Part shown: one piece after another, positions 19,382 to 32,320 of the stretch | Position numbering within the stretch: the first letter of the stretch is position 1 | Layout of the letters: every line of letters starts with the position of its first letter | Source of the DNA: an uncultured Gemmatimonadales bacterium | GTDB taxonomy: Bacteria; Gemmatimonadota; Gemmatimonadetes; Gemmatimonadales; GWC2-71-9 | Direction: 5' to 3' | DNA: 64,000 nt | Assembly (NCBI GenBank): GCA_963798915.1 | Contig: CAWCVB010000002.1 | Coordinates: forward strand, 416,001-480,000 | Made by a program: the position numbers and the translations under genes | The notes under the pieces: model-generated | Told to the model about the DNA's origin: nothing | Seen by the model: only the letters and a program-made list of their open reading frames with translations | The model's database searches: none

Positions 19382-22300
19382 ATGTACTCCCTGGAGACGC
19401 TGGGATGCGTCCGGCTGACCATCAACGGCGTGCCGCTTCTGGCGGGACGCCGCAAGCTTCTCTGCGTGCTTGCCTTTCTCGCCCGCTCCCGCCACCCGGT
19501 AAGCCGCTCCCGGCTCGCCGACCTCTTCTGGCCCGGGGACAACGAGTCTCGCTCCCGCCGCTCGGTACGCCAGGCGCTGGCGGAACTGCGGCGCGCATTG
19601 GGCGGGGCAGCAGCGTTGGTGGAAGACGACGGCGGCGTGATGCTGGCGCCAGGCACCCTGGAGGTGGACGCATCGCTGCTGGAAGCCGCCATGCAACGCG
19701 GCGACTGGAGGCAGGCATTCGAGCGCTGGGGTGGAGATTTTCTGCCCGGACTGGAGGATGTCGGCGGGGAGGATGTTCGCATCTGGCTGGAGACGGAGCG
19801 CCAGGCGCTGAGCCTGCAGTTTGCCCAGGCCGCGGAGGCGCTGGCATCCGACGCGGAACTGAGGAGCGAGTGGGAGAGCGCCCTCGCCGTCACCTCTCGC
19901 TGGACCGAGGCGCTTCCCCTGGACGAGCGAGCGGTCTTCCGCCAACTCCAGCTCCTCCATCGCGCCGGCCGCGGGAATGAATCGGCTCGCCAGCGCGCGG
20001 CTTATATCGAACGGGTGCGGCGTGAGCTGGATGCCGAGCCCTCCGCACAGTTCCTTCGTGATACCGGTGTCCTCGCCACTCCGCCCACGGGCATTCCATT
20101 GCCGGGGGCCTCTACTGCGCTGCTGTACCCGACCTCATCGGCGGGCACCCCGAACTCACCCGGCTCAATGCGCTGTGGGACCGGGCTCGGCGAGGCCAAG
20201 CCGCGGTCGGCATGGTTGAGGGTGAGGAGGGGAGTGGCAAGAGCCGGCTGGTGGACGAGTTTCTCCGGTCGCTCGGCGAACAGGACCCACAGACGCTTTT
20301 CCTTCGCGCGCGCGCCTTCGAGGCGGAGCGCGATCGGCCCTGGGTCCTCGCCCGACATCTGCTGGCGCCATTGGCCGCCGCACCGGGTCTGGCCGCCGCG
20401 CCGGCGTCGGCACTGCGGGCGCTGGCCGCGCTGGTGCCGGACGTGATCGCCCGCTTTCCCTCTCTTCCGGCGACCGAACCGGATGACATCGCCGAGGCCG
20501 TGACGCGGGTACTGGCTGAAGTGGCCGCCGAGGTGCCAGTGGTCATGGCGGTGGACGACATGGACCTGGCTGATGCCAACAGCTCCGAGCTGATCGAAAC
20601 ACTCTGCCGGAGACCGGTGCCGGGCATGCTCCTGCTGGCGACATTCCGGACCGGTACCTTGCCTTCGCTGGTGGACCTCGCGCGACGATCGCCCGATGCG
20701 GCAGCATTGAGTCACCTGAGGCTTGGACCACTCACGGCGGCGCAGGTCGGCCAGCTACTGGCGAGCATGGGCGAGTTCGATCCGGCCGGCCGGGAGGCGC
20801 TTGCCCGACAGCTGCACGCCGAGAGCGGGGGAAACCCGCTCGCGGTGGTGGAATTCGTCACCGGCCTGGCGCAGGACGGCGGGATCGCACCGGGGCCGGT
20901 GGGACGGTGGACGGTGCGGGCATCGCATGACTCGGCGTTGCCATTACCGTCGTCGCTGCAGGATGCGATTGGCGCTCGGCTCCGCCGGATGCCGCCAGAT
21001 GCAATCCGAGTCCTTCGTGCCGCTGCGGTGCTGGGCCGGGAATCGGAGCTCGACCTGCTCCTGAGCGTCTCCAGTCTCGATGCCAGACGGCTTGAGGACG
21101 CGATCGGCGAGTTGGTGGAACACCGGCTGCTTCGGCTGGTATCAAACACGCCCGCCCGCCTCGAATTTGGCCATGAGCTGACTCGCCGCCTGGTATACGA
21201 GGGCACGCCGCCGCTTGAGCGGCAGGCGTTGCATCGCCGGGCCTATCGGGCCCTTCGTCACGCGGAGGCCGATGCCGCGCGCGAGTCAGCGCTGGCGTAC
21301 CATCGTGTTCGCGCCGGTCGCTGGCGCGCCGTATCCAGGCAAGGCCTGGTGGCCGCGGCCAGCCTGACCGTGGTGATCGGAATCGTCGCGGCATCGTTGG
21401 TGGCACACCCAAGGCGACATCCGGACGCGCGACGGATTGCCGTGATGCCTTTCGTTGCCGCTGGTGACAGCGCCGCCGGCGAGCTGGCCGCGCTGATGCC
21501 GCAGCTAGTCGACGTGGCCTTGATGGGTGCGCCAGGGATCGAGGTCGAGGAACTCACGGGGGATTCCGCTCCACTATCGGCCAGCGACGAGGCGCGGCGA
21601 CTCGGTCGGCACCTGCGCCTCCAGGGAACGGTGGGCGTGAAAGGATCCCGGGTGGAGATCCGGGCGTCGCTCCGTGACGCGCAGCATCCGGACCAGATCA
21701 TCTCAACCGCCGAGGGTGAAGGCGCGCTGGCCGACCTCCCGGCCGTGGCTGGAGATCTCATCCGGGCATTGTTGCCGGATCTGCCGACGTTGCGACTGTC
21801 GCGCTTTCGTCTGAGCGCCGCCCACACCACATCGCTACCGGCGCTGCATTCGTATCTGCTCGGCGAATTGGATGCGCGCCGACTTGAAATGGAAGCGGCC
21901 GCGCATGCGTTCTGGCAGGCCGCTCAGGCCGATCCGGACTTTGCCGCGGCCTGGCACGAGCTCGCACGCGTGAACGACTGGTACGCGCTGGGGAATCGCG
22001 CGCAGATACTGGAAGATTCCGCCGTGCGGCACATGGACGGGCTCACCCCACGCAGCCGGCTGAATCTCGAGGGGTGGCAGCTCTTTGCGTCCGGGCAGCC
22101 GGACGATGCGGAGCGGCGGTTTGAATCGGTGCTGGATTTTGCGCCGGGGACGCCGGAAGCGAGCATCGGGATGGCGGAGACGCTGTTGCATTTCAACTGG
22201 GCACGTGGCCGGGATGTGGACGAGTCCCAACCGTACTGGGAGGCCGCGCGCGACGCCGACCCGGATGACTGGCGGCCCCACGTGCACCTCTGGCAACAGG

Positions 22301-23351
22301 CGGCGCGGCAAGGGCGAGTGTCCGATGCCGCGGTCGAGCTTCGGCGACTCATTGCGCTGGAGGGCGAAGGAGAAGCGGCCCGCTCTTTCAGGATCGTCCT
22401 GGCCGGGCTGGAGGCAGACTCGGTGGCGGTCATGCGGCAGCTTGATGCAGCCACCGACATCAGTGCGTGGGAGCTGACGGACCTCACGGAGGAGCTCGGC
22501 GCAACTGTCGGGAGACCTGATCTCGCAGAGGCGACTGCCACACGCCTCGCCTTCCCCACGCGAAATCCCGAGCTTCGCGCTTTTGGTCATGAACTGCTGG
22601 CGCATCTTGCCCTGGCGAAAGGACAATGGCGCCGGGCCCTGGCCCAGCTGGATAGTGCGGAACAGCTGGAGCCGGTCTCGGCGGGAACCGAGCGCGCACT
22701 CTTCTGGTCCACTCCATTCCTCCCGCCCGGACTGAATCCGGATTCGGGTCGGCGCGCGGCGCGCCTGCGGCTGGCCGGCGCGCCGCTCCATCGGGTGCGG
22801 CGAACGTTCGATTTCTGGTTTGATTTCGACCGCACTCGCGAGCCGCTGCTGCGCAAGTATCTCGACCACTTGCTTGCTGCCCAGCTTGGAGAGGCGACCT
22901 CGCCGGGACTGCCCATCAGCGGCCTCGCGGAGTGGAGCGACTCGCTGGCGCGCGTGCAACCGTTTCTTGAACGAAGCGCCGCGGCATGGTCGGCAGCCGG
23001 AGCAGGGGACTCTGCGGATGCGATCACTCTGCTTCTGGGCTCATGGAACGGGACGCGGGCAGTCGAACCGAACCTGTCGGTGTTTTTCGCGCGTCCCTGG
23101 GATCGGTGGCTCATGGCCCAGGCGCTTGCGCAGAGCGGACGGCAGCAGGAAGCGCTTCGGTGGTACGGGGGGCTCGGCGTGGTGTCGCTCGCCGACTATG
23201 CCTACACGGCGCCAGCCGCGCTCGAACGGGCGCGCCTTCTGGAGCGGCTGGGGCGCCCCGAGGAGGCCCGGTGGGAGTATCGGCGATTTGTCAGCCTGTG
23301 GGCGGCGGCGGACCCGGAATTCCAGCCGGAGGTGGAGATGGCAAGAGAGAG

Positions 23352-23370
<19 letters not shown>
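19382..23370 (+). CDS. SARP/BTAD transcriptional regulator with AAA ATPase, TM helix and TPR region; frameshift near 20128
   Basis: wHTH-BTAD N-terminus; LIG..PEL, GEEGSGKS, AVDD, SGGNPL; TM after RWR; RRIAVMPF; TPRs. Confidence 0.82.
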
Positions 23371-25302
<1,932 letters not shown>

Positions 25303-25376
25303 CCCACTGTGACCCACCGCACCACCTCGACACTCCCCGAGTGTGATTGTAGGACCACACACTCTGGGAGGGTCCC

Positions 25377-25826
25377 ATGCGAGCGCGAGAATTGATGACG
25401 CCGGCACCGGCCTGCTGTACGACCTCCGATTCGATACAGGATGCAGCGAAGATGCTCGGCTCCTACGACGTGGGCTCATTGCCCGTCGTAGAAAGCAACG
25501 AGGGTGGCCGGCTGGTCGGTATCGTGACTGACCGCGACCTGGTACTCAACGCCCTGGCCGAGGGGAAGTTCGATGCCAAGGTTGGCGACGTCATGACGGC
25601 AGAGCCGCGCGCCGTGCAGGAAGACGATGATATCGCCGAGGTCGAGCGGATCATGGCGGAGGAGCAGGTGCGCCGCGTCCCGGTGATCAACCGGCAGGGT
25701 GGTATCGTGGGCATCATCAGCCAGGCCGACCTGGCCCTGTGTGACGAAGGTGTCAGCGAACGGCAGGTGGCCCGCGTGGTGGAGCGGATCTCGGAGCCGA
25801 CCACCGAGCCGGCACCGCGCGCCTGA
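25377..25826 (+). CDS. CBS-domain protein
   Basis: VGSLPVV, VGIVTDRD, VRRVPV, GIISQAD. Confidence 0.92.
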   Translation: MRARELMTPAPACCTTSDSIQDAAKMLGSYDVGSLPVVESNEGGRLVGIVTDRDLVLNALAEGKFDAKVGDVMTAEPRAVQEDDDIAEVERIMAEEQVRRVPVINRQGGIVGIISQADLALCDEGVSERQVARVVERISEPTTEPAPRA

Positions 25827-25885
25827 CGCTTCCGCGGTCGCAGCCGGAATCGTAGCTTCCGGGCTCCTTCGACGGAGGCTCCAGC

Positions 25886-26800
25886 ATGAAGCGTCTGATC
25901 GCACTCGCGCTCGGCCTCGGGTGGACCGCGGCCTGCGGCCGGCAGGACCAGCCAGCCCGGACGGCGGACACGCCAGCCGCCGCCACCCATGTGGCGACCA
26001 TCGGCGGGCTGTCCGCGCCCGAATCCGTCATCCACGACACCGACCAGGACGTCTACTTCGTCACCAACATCAACGGGAACCCGGGTGCCAAGGATGGCAA
26101 CGGGTTCATCAGCCGTGTGACGCCTGACGGCTCGATCGACTCGCTGCACTTCGTCATGGGTGGGCGGGATGGCGCGGTCCTCAATGCGCCGAAGGGGACT
26201 GCGATAACCGGTGATACCCTCTGGGTCGCCGACCTCGATGCCGTGCGAGGGTTTGACCGGCACACCGGCGCTCCCCTCGCCACCGTCGAGTTCGGAGCAC
26301 GGGCTCGATTCCTCAACGATCTTGCCGCCGGGCCCGATGGGCAGCTCTACGTCAGTGAAATGGGCGTGGCGGCCAACGACCGGGGAGAAATGTCGCCGAC
26401 TGGACTCGACAATGTCTTCCGCATCGGTGCCGGCCACCGCATCGCGTCGGTCATGACCCGGGCCAAGGTGCCGATGCCCAACGGCATTGTGATGCATGCC
26501 GGTGCGCTGCTGATCGGCAGTTATGCGGACTCGGCAGTGCGGCAGTGGCAGGATGGAGTAGACAGCCTGATCACCGTGGGCCAGGCCAGCGGCACGGTGG
26601 ATGGGCTGGCCGTGCTGGATGACGGTCGGGTGATTGCCTCCAGCTGGGACGACTCCACCATCGCCGTGGTCGGCGCGACTCCTGAACCACTGGTAACGGG
26701 CGTTGCCGCTCCCGCAGATTTCGGGGTGGACCGGAAGCGTCATCGGCTGCTGGTTCCCCAGCTCACCGAAGATCAGGTGCAGATCTGGCAGCTGCACTGA
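25886..26800 (+). CDS. SMP-30/gluconolactonase-like beta-propeller lipoprotein
   Basis: Lipobox TAAC, PES, NAPKG, FLND, PNGI, DGL. Confidence 0.8.
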   Translation: MKRLIALALGLGWTAACGRQDQPARTADTPAAATHVATIGGLSAPESVIHDTDQDVYFVTNINGNPGAKDGNGFISRVTPDGSIDSLHFVMGGRDGAVLNAPKGTAITGDTLWVADLDAVRGFDRHTGAPLATVEFGARARFLNDLAAGPDGQLYVSEMGVAANDRGEMSPTGLDNVFRIGAGHRIASVMTRAKVPMPNGIVMHAGALLIGSYADSAVRQWQDGVDSLITVGQASGTVDGLAVLDDGRVIASSWDDSTIAVVGATPEPLVTGVAAPADFGVDRKRHRLLVPQLTEDQVQIWQLH

Positions 26801-26816
26801 CCTGCCAATCCAGGTG

Positions 26817-26850
26817 CAGAAAGCCCGGCCAAACAGCCGGGCTTTCTGTT
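26817..26850. terminator. Intrinsic terminator
   Basis: CAGAAAGCCCGGC-caaaca-GCCGGGCTTTCTG. Confidence 0.8.
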
Positions 26851-27023
26851 GTACCATGCCCTGCATTTCTGGCAGCCGACCGCGTCCGTACCCTGCCGTT
26901 TTCGGACGCTGGTACGGTCATCCCGGCCGATGCCGCGGGCACGCGAGGTGCGGAAAAGACTGCGGCGCCGGCCCGATACCGCAGGAGCCGGCAGGCACTC
27001 AGACAAGAAGGAGACTGACCCTC

Positions 27024-27554
27024 ATGTATCTCACCACCATGCGCCGTCGTGGCGACGGCATGAACAACCTGCGGCGACTGACGTCTGCCCTCGATGATGC
27101 CTTTGGCAACTGGCCCATCGGCCAGGCACTGGAGGGGTCGATCACGTCGGCGTGGGTTCCGGCTTGTGACGTATTCGAGGACAAGGACAGCGTCAAGATC
27201 GTGATGGAGGTGCCGGGCGTCGCCCCGGATGACGTGAAGCTGCAGATCGAAAACAACATGCTCAGCATCCGGGGCGAGAAGCGCCAGGTGGCCGAAGAGA
27301 CGGCCGAACGAGTGCATCGCTATGAGCGGAGCTACGGGACCTTCGAGCGGACCTTCTCGCTTCCCACCACCGTGGATGCCGACCAGATCGAGGCCGATGT
27401 GTCAGACGGCGTGCTCACGGTGCTGCTGCCGAAAGCCGAGCGGGCCCGGCCCCGGCAGATCCAGGTGAAGTCGGGTGCGACAGGGCGAAATAAGGAACAG
27501 CCCTCACTCGAGTCCCGCACGGCCCGTAGGGATACGGAGCCCACTCCGAAATAG
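27024..27554 (+). CDS. Hsp20 small heat-shock protein
   Basis: WVPACDV, ERSYGTFERTFSLP, DGVLTV; AGGAG RBS. Confidence 0.95.
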   Translation: MYLTTMRRRGDGMNNLRRLTSALDDAFGNWPIGQALEGSITSAWVPACDVFEDKDSVKIVMEVPGVAPDDVKLQIENNMLSIRGEKRQVAEETAERVHRYERSYGTFERTFSLPTTVDADQIEADVSDGVLTVLLPKAERARPRQIQVKSGATGRNKEQPSLESRTARRDTEPTPK

Positions 27555-27595
27555 CGCGGATGGCCGGCACGCGCGAGGCGGCATAAGCTTCGCGC

Positions 27596-28726
27596 GTGCT
27601 TGACCGCATCCCGTTTCACGCTGCCAGCATCAATCACCGCATTGCCGGCCTCGACATGCGCGAGGACTTCGTGCTGCACGACGACGACCAGGCGTCGTTG
27701 CTGGCGCGGGCCGCGGCCCAGGGCCGGGTGCTGGTGCCGATCTCGACCTGCAACAGGATCGAGTGGTACCACTGGGGTACGGCCGAATCGCCGGACACGC
27801 CCGTCTCCACCCGTGCTCCGGTCGCGCGCCTCACCGGTCGAGCCGCGGTGCGGCACCTGTTCGCTGTTTCCGCCGGGCTGGAATCGCAACTGGTCGGCGA
27901 ATCCGAGATCCTGGGCCAGGTGCGCCGGGCCTGGACCCGAGCCCGCAATGCGGGCGCCACCAACCTCCCCGTCAACCTCATCTTCAGCCAGGCACTGAGC
28001 GCTGGTCGCCGGCTGCGCCGGGACACCTGGGTCGGGCGGCATGCGCGGTCGGTGACCCAGGCAGGCGTCCGGCGCGTGCTCCAGGGTCGTAAGGAACCTC
28101 GGGTCCTGGTGCTCGGTGCCGGCGAGGCGGTGCGAAGCACGTTGCGCGAGCTATCCGCCATGAAGCTTCGTGACGTCGCGATCGTGTGTCGTCGGCCGGA
28201 GATGGCGCTTCCTCTCGTGGCCGATCGCGCCAGCTGGTCGCTGGCCCCCTGGAGCCGACTGGCCGAGGAATGCCGGCGAGCCGACATCATCATCGCCGCG
28301 ACGGCGGCACGGCAGCCGGTGATCGGTCCCACGTTGCTGGACGGCCGCCGATGCACGCTGCTCGATCTTGGCGTCCCGAGAAATGTGGATCCCGCCGTCC
28401 GGCACTTGGCCGGCGTCGAGCTGCTGGATCTCGACGACCTTCGGCTGGAAGGCTGCGAGCCGCGCGCTGAGCTGCTTCAGCAGGCCTGGCAAATCCTGGA
28501 TGCCGAGCTGGACCACCTGGGCGACCTGCTCAAGGCCAGGTCGCGGGCACCGCGGCTGGCGGCGCTGCACCAGGAAGGCGCCCGCATCGCCAGCGAAGAA
28601 GCCGAGCGGGTCCTGCGTGAGTTGGATCAACTGGACCCGTCGGGTGAAGCGCTGGTCCGTCAGCTGGCCGAGCGGGTGGCGAAACGGGTGCTGTTTCCGG
28701 CCTCACGACTGATTCGCGAGGTCTGA
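27596..28726 (+). CDS. hemA: Glutamyl-tRNA reductase (short, divergent)
   Basis: STCNR, HLF.V.AGLES..VGE.EILGQV, GAGE, DLGVPRNVD. Confidence 0.85.
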   Translation: MLDRIPFHAASINHRIAGLDMREDFVLHDDDQASLLARAAAQGRVLVPISTCNRIEWYHWGTAESPDTPVSTRAPVARLTGRAAVRHLFAVSAGLESQLVGESEILGQVRRAWTRARNAGATNLPVNLIFSQALSAGRRLRRDTWVGRHARSVTQAGVRRVLQGRKEPRVLVLGAGEAVRSTLRELSAMKLRDVAIVCRRPEMALPLVADRASWSLAPWSRLAEECRRADIIIAATAARQPVIGPTLLDGRRCTLLDLGVPRNVDPAVRHLAGVELLDLDDLRLEGCEPRAELLQQAWQILDAELDHLGDLLKARSRAPRLAALHQEGARIASEEAERVLRELDQLDPSGEALVRQLAERVAKRVLFPASRLIREV

Positions 28727-29796
28727 TCGTCGCTGGCGGGATTGAGGATTCGGCGGCAGTGCGGGTTGGTGCAGCCGGGGCAATGCAGCGCGTACTGCCG
28801 CGACGCCAGGGTGGCACTGGCGAGGTGTGCCCGGACAATGTCGGCCAGGGCATCGAGAAAGATCGGGTTGTCGTTGAGGGCCGGGGCGCGCACATACCGC
28901 GTGATCCCGGCCCTTCTGGCAAGGTGGCCATACTCAATGTCCAGCTCGCTCAGCGTCTCGATGTGGTCGCTGGTGAACGCAATTGGCACCACCACCACGT
29001 TCCGCTCCCCGCGCGCACCCAGCCGCCGGATAACCGATGCGGTACTCGGCCCCAGCCACCTGACCGGTCCCACCTCGCTCTGGTAGGCCAGCAAGTAGCG
29101 ATTGCGGGATCCGAGCCGCTGCATGACTCCATTGACGCTGGCGCCGATCTCCTGCGGGTAGGGATCGCCCCGGTCGATCACGCTGAGCGGCAGGGAATGG
29201 GCGCTGAACAGGATCACGGCGCCGTCGCGCTCGCTGGCCGGAATCTGCTCGAGCCCCGCCCGGACGCTCCCGGTCATCGCGTCGAGAAAGCCGGCATGCA
29301 CTGGCCAGCGGTCGATCACGCTCCAGCGAACCGCCTGCTCGACCCCAACGCGCGCCGCCGCGCGCCACAGTTCATTGAGGCTGGAGCCGGTCGTCGCGCA
29401 GGAAAACTGAGGGTACTGGGTGAAGGCCACCGCGCGCGTCACGCCATCGTGATGCATGGCCCGCAGCGCGTCCTCGCTGTTCGGACGGGCGTACCGGAAC
29501 GCGACATAGAACCGGTGCGGTGCGGTGTCGGGCGAGAGGCGGTCGAGCCGCCGCACCATCGCCTTGCCCTGTATGCTGGTCCAATGGAGGATCGGCGAGC
29601 CGCCGCCAATGCCCTCGTAGAGCTTGCGCACCTTGGGCGACCGCCGGCGCGCAATGAACGGCCCAAGCCAGCGCTGCAACGGCAGCTGGATGATCTCGCG
29701 GTCGGCGAACAACTCGAGCAGAAAAGGCTCGACGTCGTCGAGGGTTGCGGGACCGCCAAGATTCAGCAGGACAATGCCGGTTGGCGCGGAAGACAT
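28660..29796 (-). CDS. hemH: Ferrochelatase with C-terminal Cys motif
   Basis: LLNLGGP, QYPQFSCATTGSS, FSAHSLP, DHIETL.ELD, CPGCTNPHC. Confidence 0.95.
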   Translation of the reverse strand: MSSAPTGIVLLNLGGPATLDDVEPFLLELFADREIIQLPLQRWLGPFIARRRSPKVRKLYEGIGGGSPILHWTSIQGKAMVRRLDRLSPDTAPHRFYVAFRYARPNSEDALRAMHHDGVTRAVAFTQYPQFSCATTGSSLNELWRAAARVGVEQAVRWSVIDRWPVHAGFLDAMTGSVRAGLEQIPASERDGAVILFSAHSLPLSVIDRGDPYPQEIGASVNGVMQRLGSRNRYLLAYQSEVGPVRWLGPSTASVIRRLGARGERNVVVVPIAFTSDHIETLSELDIEYGHLARRAGITRYVRAPALNDNPIFLDALADIVRAHLASATLASRQYALHCPGCTNPHCRRILNPASDDQTSRISREAGNSTRFATRSAS

Positions 29797-29867
29797 GCGC
29801 GGGAATGTGCGGTGCCGATCTGGTGGGCACCATCCGAGAGACTACGGAGTTAAAGCGGCGATCCCGC

Positions 29868-30521
29868 CTAGCGGGAAACCAGCCCCGTGTCCAGCGCGAG
29901 CTTGGTGAGCCCCGCGACCGTCTTGATGCCCAGCTTTCGCATGAGACTTTCGCGGTGGGTTTCCACGGTGCGATGACTGATGCCGAGTTCGGCCGCAATT
30001 TCCTTGTTCGTCCGACCCAGGGCGATCCCCACCAGCACCTCTCGTTCGCGACCGGTGAGGGCGTCGAGCGGTCCGGGCACTTCACCCGACTCGCCGCGCA
30101 CCGCGGCCCGCAGGCGGTGCGCAATGGGTGCGCTGAAATATTCCTCGCCGTCCTGCACCGCGCGGATGGCGCGACGCAGCTCGGTCGCGGCCGAATCCTT
30201 GAGCAGGTAGCCATGTGCGCCTGCCCGGACGCTCTCCAGCACATACTCCGGGTTGTCATGCATGCTCAGGATCAGGATCCGCGCCGTGGGCACCGACCGG
30301 CGGATCCGCGAGGCCGCCTGCAGCCCCGACTCGCCCGGCATCGAGATGTCGAGCAGCACAATGTCAGGTTGGTGTTCCTCGGCCAGCTGGACGGCCTCGC
30401 CCGCCGTGGCCGCTTCCGCAACGATGCTGAACCCCGGCTCACCCTCGAGCACGTGGCGGATCCCTTCCCGCACCACGGTGTGGTCGTCGGCCACCAGGAC
30501 CCGGATGTCGGCATTCATCAT
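29868..30521 (-). CDS. NarL/LuxR-family response regulator
   Basis: ADDH, LDISMP, GYLLK, LuxR HTH. Confidence 0.95.
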   Translation of the reverse strand: MMNADIRVLVADDHTVVREGIRHVLEGEPGFSIVAEAATAGEAVQLAEEHQPDIVLLDISMPGESGLQAASRIRRSVPTARILILSMHDNPEYVLESVRAGAHGYLLKDSAATELRRAIRAVQDGEEYFSAPIAHRLRAAVRGESGEVPGPLDALTGREREVLVGIALGRTNKEIAAELGISHRTVETHRESLMRKLGIKTVAGLTKLALDTGLVSR

Positions 30522-30537
30522 GGATGCAATCTATCCG

Positions 30538-32283
30538 TCACACGGGCACGATGATATCGAGCACCACGCCGGGCTCCGCGCTGCTCCGCACTTGTACGGA
30601 GCCTCCCAGAGCGGTGATCCGCTCGCGCATGCCCGCCAGGCCCATGTGGCCCTCAAGTTCGAACCGGTCGGGATCGGCGTCGTCCGGCAGCCCACGGCCG
30701 TCGTCCCTGAGGCATAACTGCAGCTGATGCTCACGTCGGGTGATCGTCACATCCACGGCGCCGGCGCCGGCATGGCGCAGCACGTTGCTGAGGCCTTCCT
30801 GCAGCGCCCGGTACAGTGCCAGTTCGGTGGCCGTGTCGAGGGTGGGAAGTTCGTCGGGCGCATCGAAGGAAAGCGTGATGCCGCGCTGCCGGGTCATTTC
30901 GCCCGCGAGCGACCGCAGTGCCGGCAGCAGCCCCAGGTCGTCCAGCAGCGAGGGTCGAAGGTCGTTCACGACATTCCGGATGCTGCGAATGCCGGTGTCC
31001 ACCAGGCCCAGGACGCGATCGAGGCGGGAGGCCTGGGCCGGTGCGGCGTCGCTGCGCAGGAGTCCCAATTCCATCTTGACGGCGCTGAAGACCTGGGCGG
31101 TCTCGTCATGCAGCTCACGGGACAGCCGAAGTCGTTCCTCCTCGTGCTGCGCCACCATGCGCGCGCCCAGCCGCTCCAGTTCCCGCCGCCGCGTCTCCAG
31201 GCGCTGGGTGAGCGCCGCGTGCTCAAGGGCTGCTCCGACCTGGTGGCCGAGGGCCAGCAAGAACCGCTGGTCCAAGGCCGTGAAGGGGTCGCGCACCGGG
31301 CCGGTCAGCAGAAGTGCACCGCAGACACCGGTGCCCTGAAAGATCGGGAGTGCGGAGGCAAACCGCCGGGTCGCCGGGTCGCCCACCGCCGCCGGGATCT
31401 CGCGCGCCATCGCCCCGCCGATTGCCTCGGCGTGGATTCCCTCCGGCTGGCGGCCGGTCCAGTTGCCGGCTGTGCCGGCGCCTCCCGCATACCCTTGGTG
31501 ACCGGCATCGAGCAGGTACAAGGCCGTCCCGGTCACGCCGGGCAGGGCGAGCGGTCGCTCGAGCAGGATGTTGATCAGGTCGCTGCTGCCCGCCCCCAGG
31601 CGGATATCGGCAGAGAGCGCGCTGAGCGCCTCGATGCCCCGGCGCAGGTCGTCCAGCACCACGATCAGGAACCCGGTACCAACCGAGAGTTCGAAGATGA
31701 TGTCGAGGTAATATCCCCACGGAGCCCAGGCACCCTGCGCCCGGAGGAAGGGATAGTCCAGGTGGTGGAGCCCCCACAGGAGCAGCGCGATACCCACGAC
31801 GGCCGCGCCCGCGGCACCAACCCGGCGTCGGTAATCGAGGAAGACCAGTCCCGTCCAGATGGATGCGAGGCTGAGGAAGAGCACCATCGGCAGCGCGGCC
31901 AGCAGGAAGCTGTCGAGCTGGTAGATCGCGAAATAGCTCCAGCCCAGCGGCAGGAGGAGCATCAGCGCCCAGCGCGGGTTGAGGCTGACGCCGCGCGAGA
32001 AGGAGAGCGCGGACCAGAGCAGGGCCAGCGCCGTCCAGCCGGTCAGCACCTGGTGCGCGAACAGCAGCGTACGGTTGGCCGTGAGCAGGAAGAGCAGGAT
32101 GGCGAGGATCCGCAGGATGTAGGCGGCCCAGGTCACCGTCCACCAGCCGAACCACGCCTTGCGATAACGCTGGTACAGGAATGCGGAGAGTACCGCCAGC
32201 GCTGCCGTGATCACGGCCTGCAGCAGCGCCGCATCGAGTTCGAGAGGATCGCTGACCGGCGGCGGCATGGTGACCTGCAGCAT
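30538..32283 (-). CDS. Membrane sensor kinase (multi-TM, GAF-like, HisKA_3)
   Basis: EERLRLSRELHDE, QEGLSNVLRHA, DDGRG, GLAGMRER. Confidence 0.9.
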   Translation of the reverse strand: MLQVTMPPPVSDPLELDAALLQAVITAALAVLSAFLYQRYRKAWFGWWTVTWAAYILRILAILLFLLTANRTLLFAHQVLTGWTALALLWSALSFSRGVSLNPRWALMLLLPLGWSYFAIYQLDSFLLAALPMVLFLSLASIWTGLVFLDYRRRVGAAGAAVVGIALLLWGLHHLDYPFLRAQGAWAPWGYYLDIIFELSVGTGFLIVVLDDLRRGIEALSALSADIRLGAGSSDLINILLERPLALPGVTGTALYLLDAGHQGYAGGAGTAGNWTGRQPEGIHAEAIGGAMAREIPAAVGDPATRRFASALPIFQGTGVCGALLLTGPVRDPFTALDQRFLLALGHQVGAALEHAALTQRLETRRRELERLGARMVAQHEEERLRLSRELHDETAQVFSAVKMELGLLRSDAAPAQASRLDRVLGLVDTGIRSIRNVVNDLRPSLLDDLGLLPALRSLAGEMTRQRGITLSFDAPDELPTLDTATELALYRALQEGLSNVLRHAGAGAVDVTITRREHQLQLCLRDDGRGLPDDADPDRFELEGHMGLAGMRERITALGGSVQVRSSAEPGVVLDIIVPV

Positions 32284-32320
32284 CGAAGAAAGGTAATTGC
32301 GCTGCTATCTTTCTCCGACC

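Noticed and set aside
26992..27020. CIRCE operator before hsp20
   Set aside because: Only GGCACTC half-site; right arm does not match GAGTGCTAA
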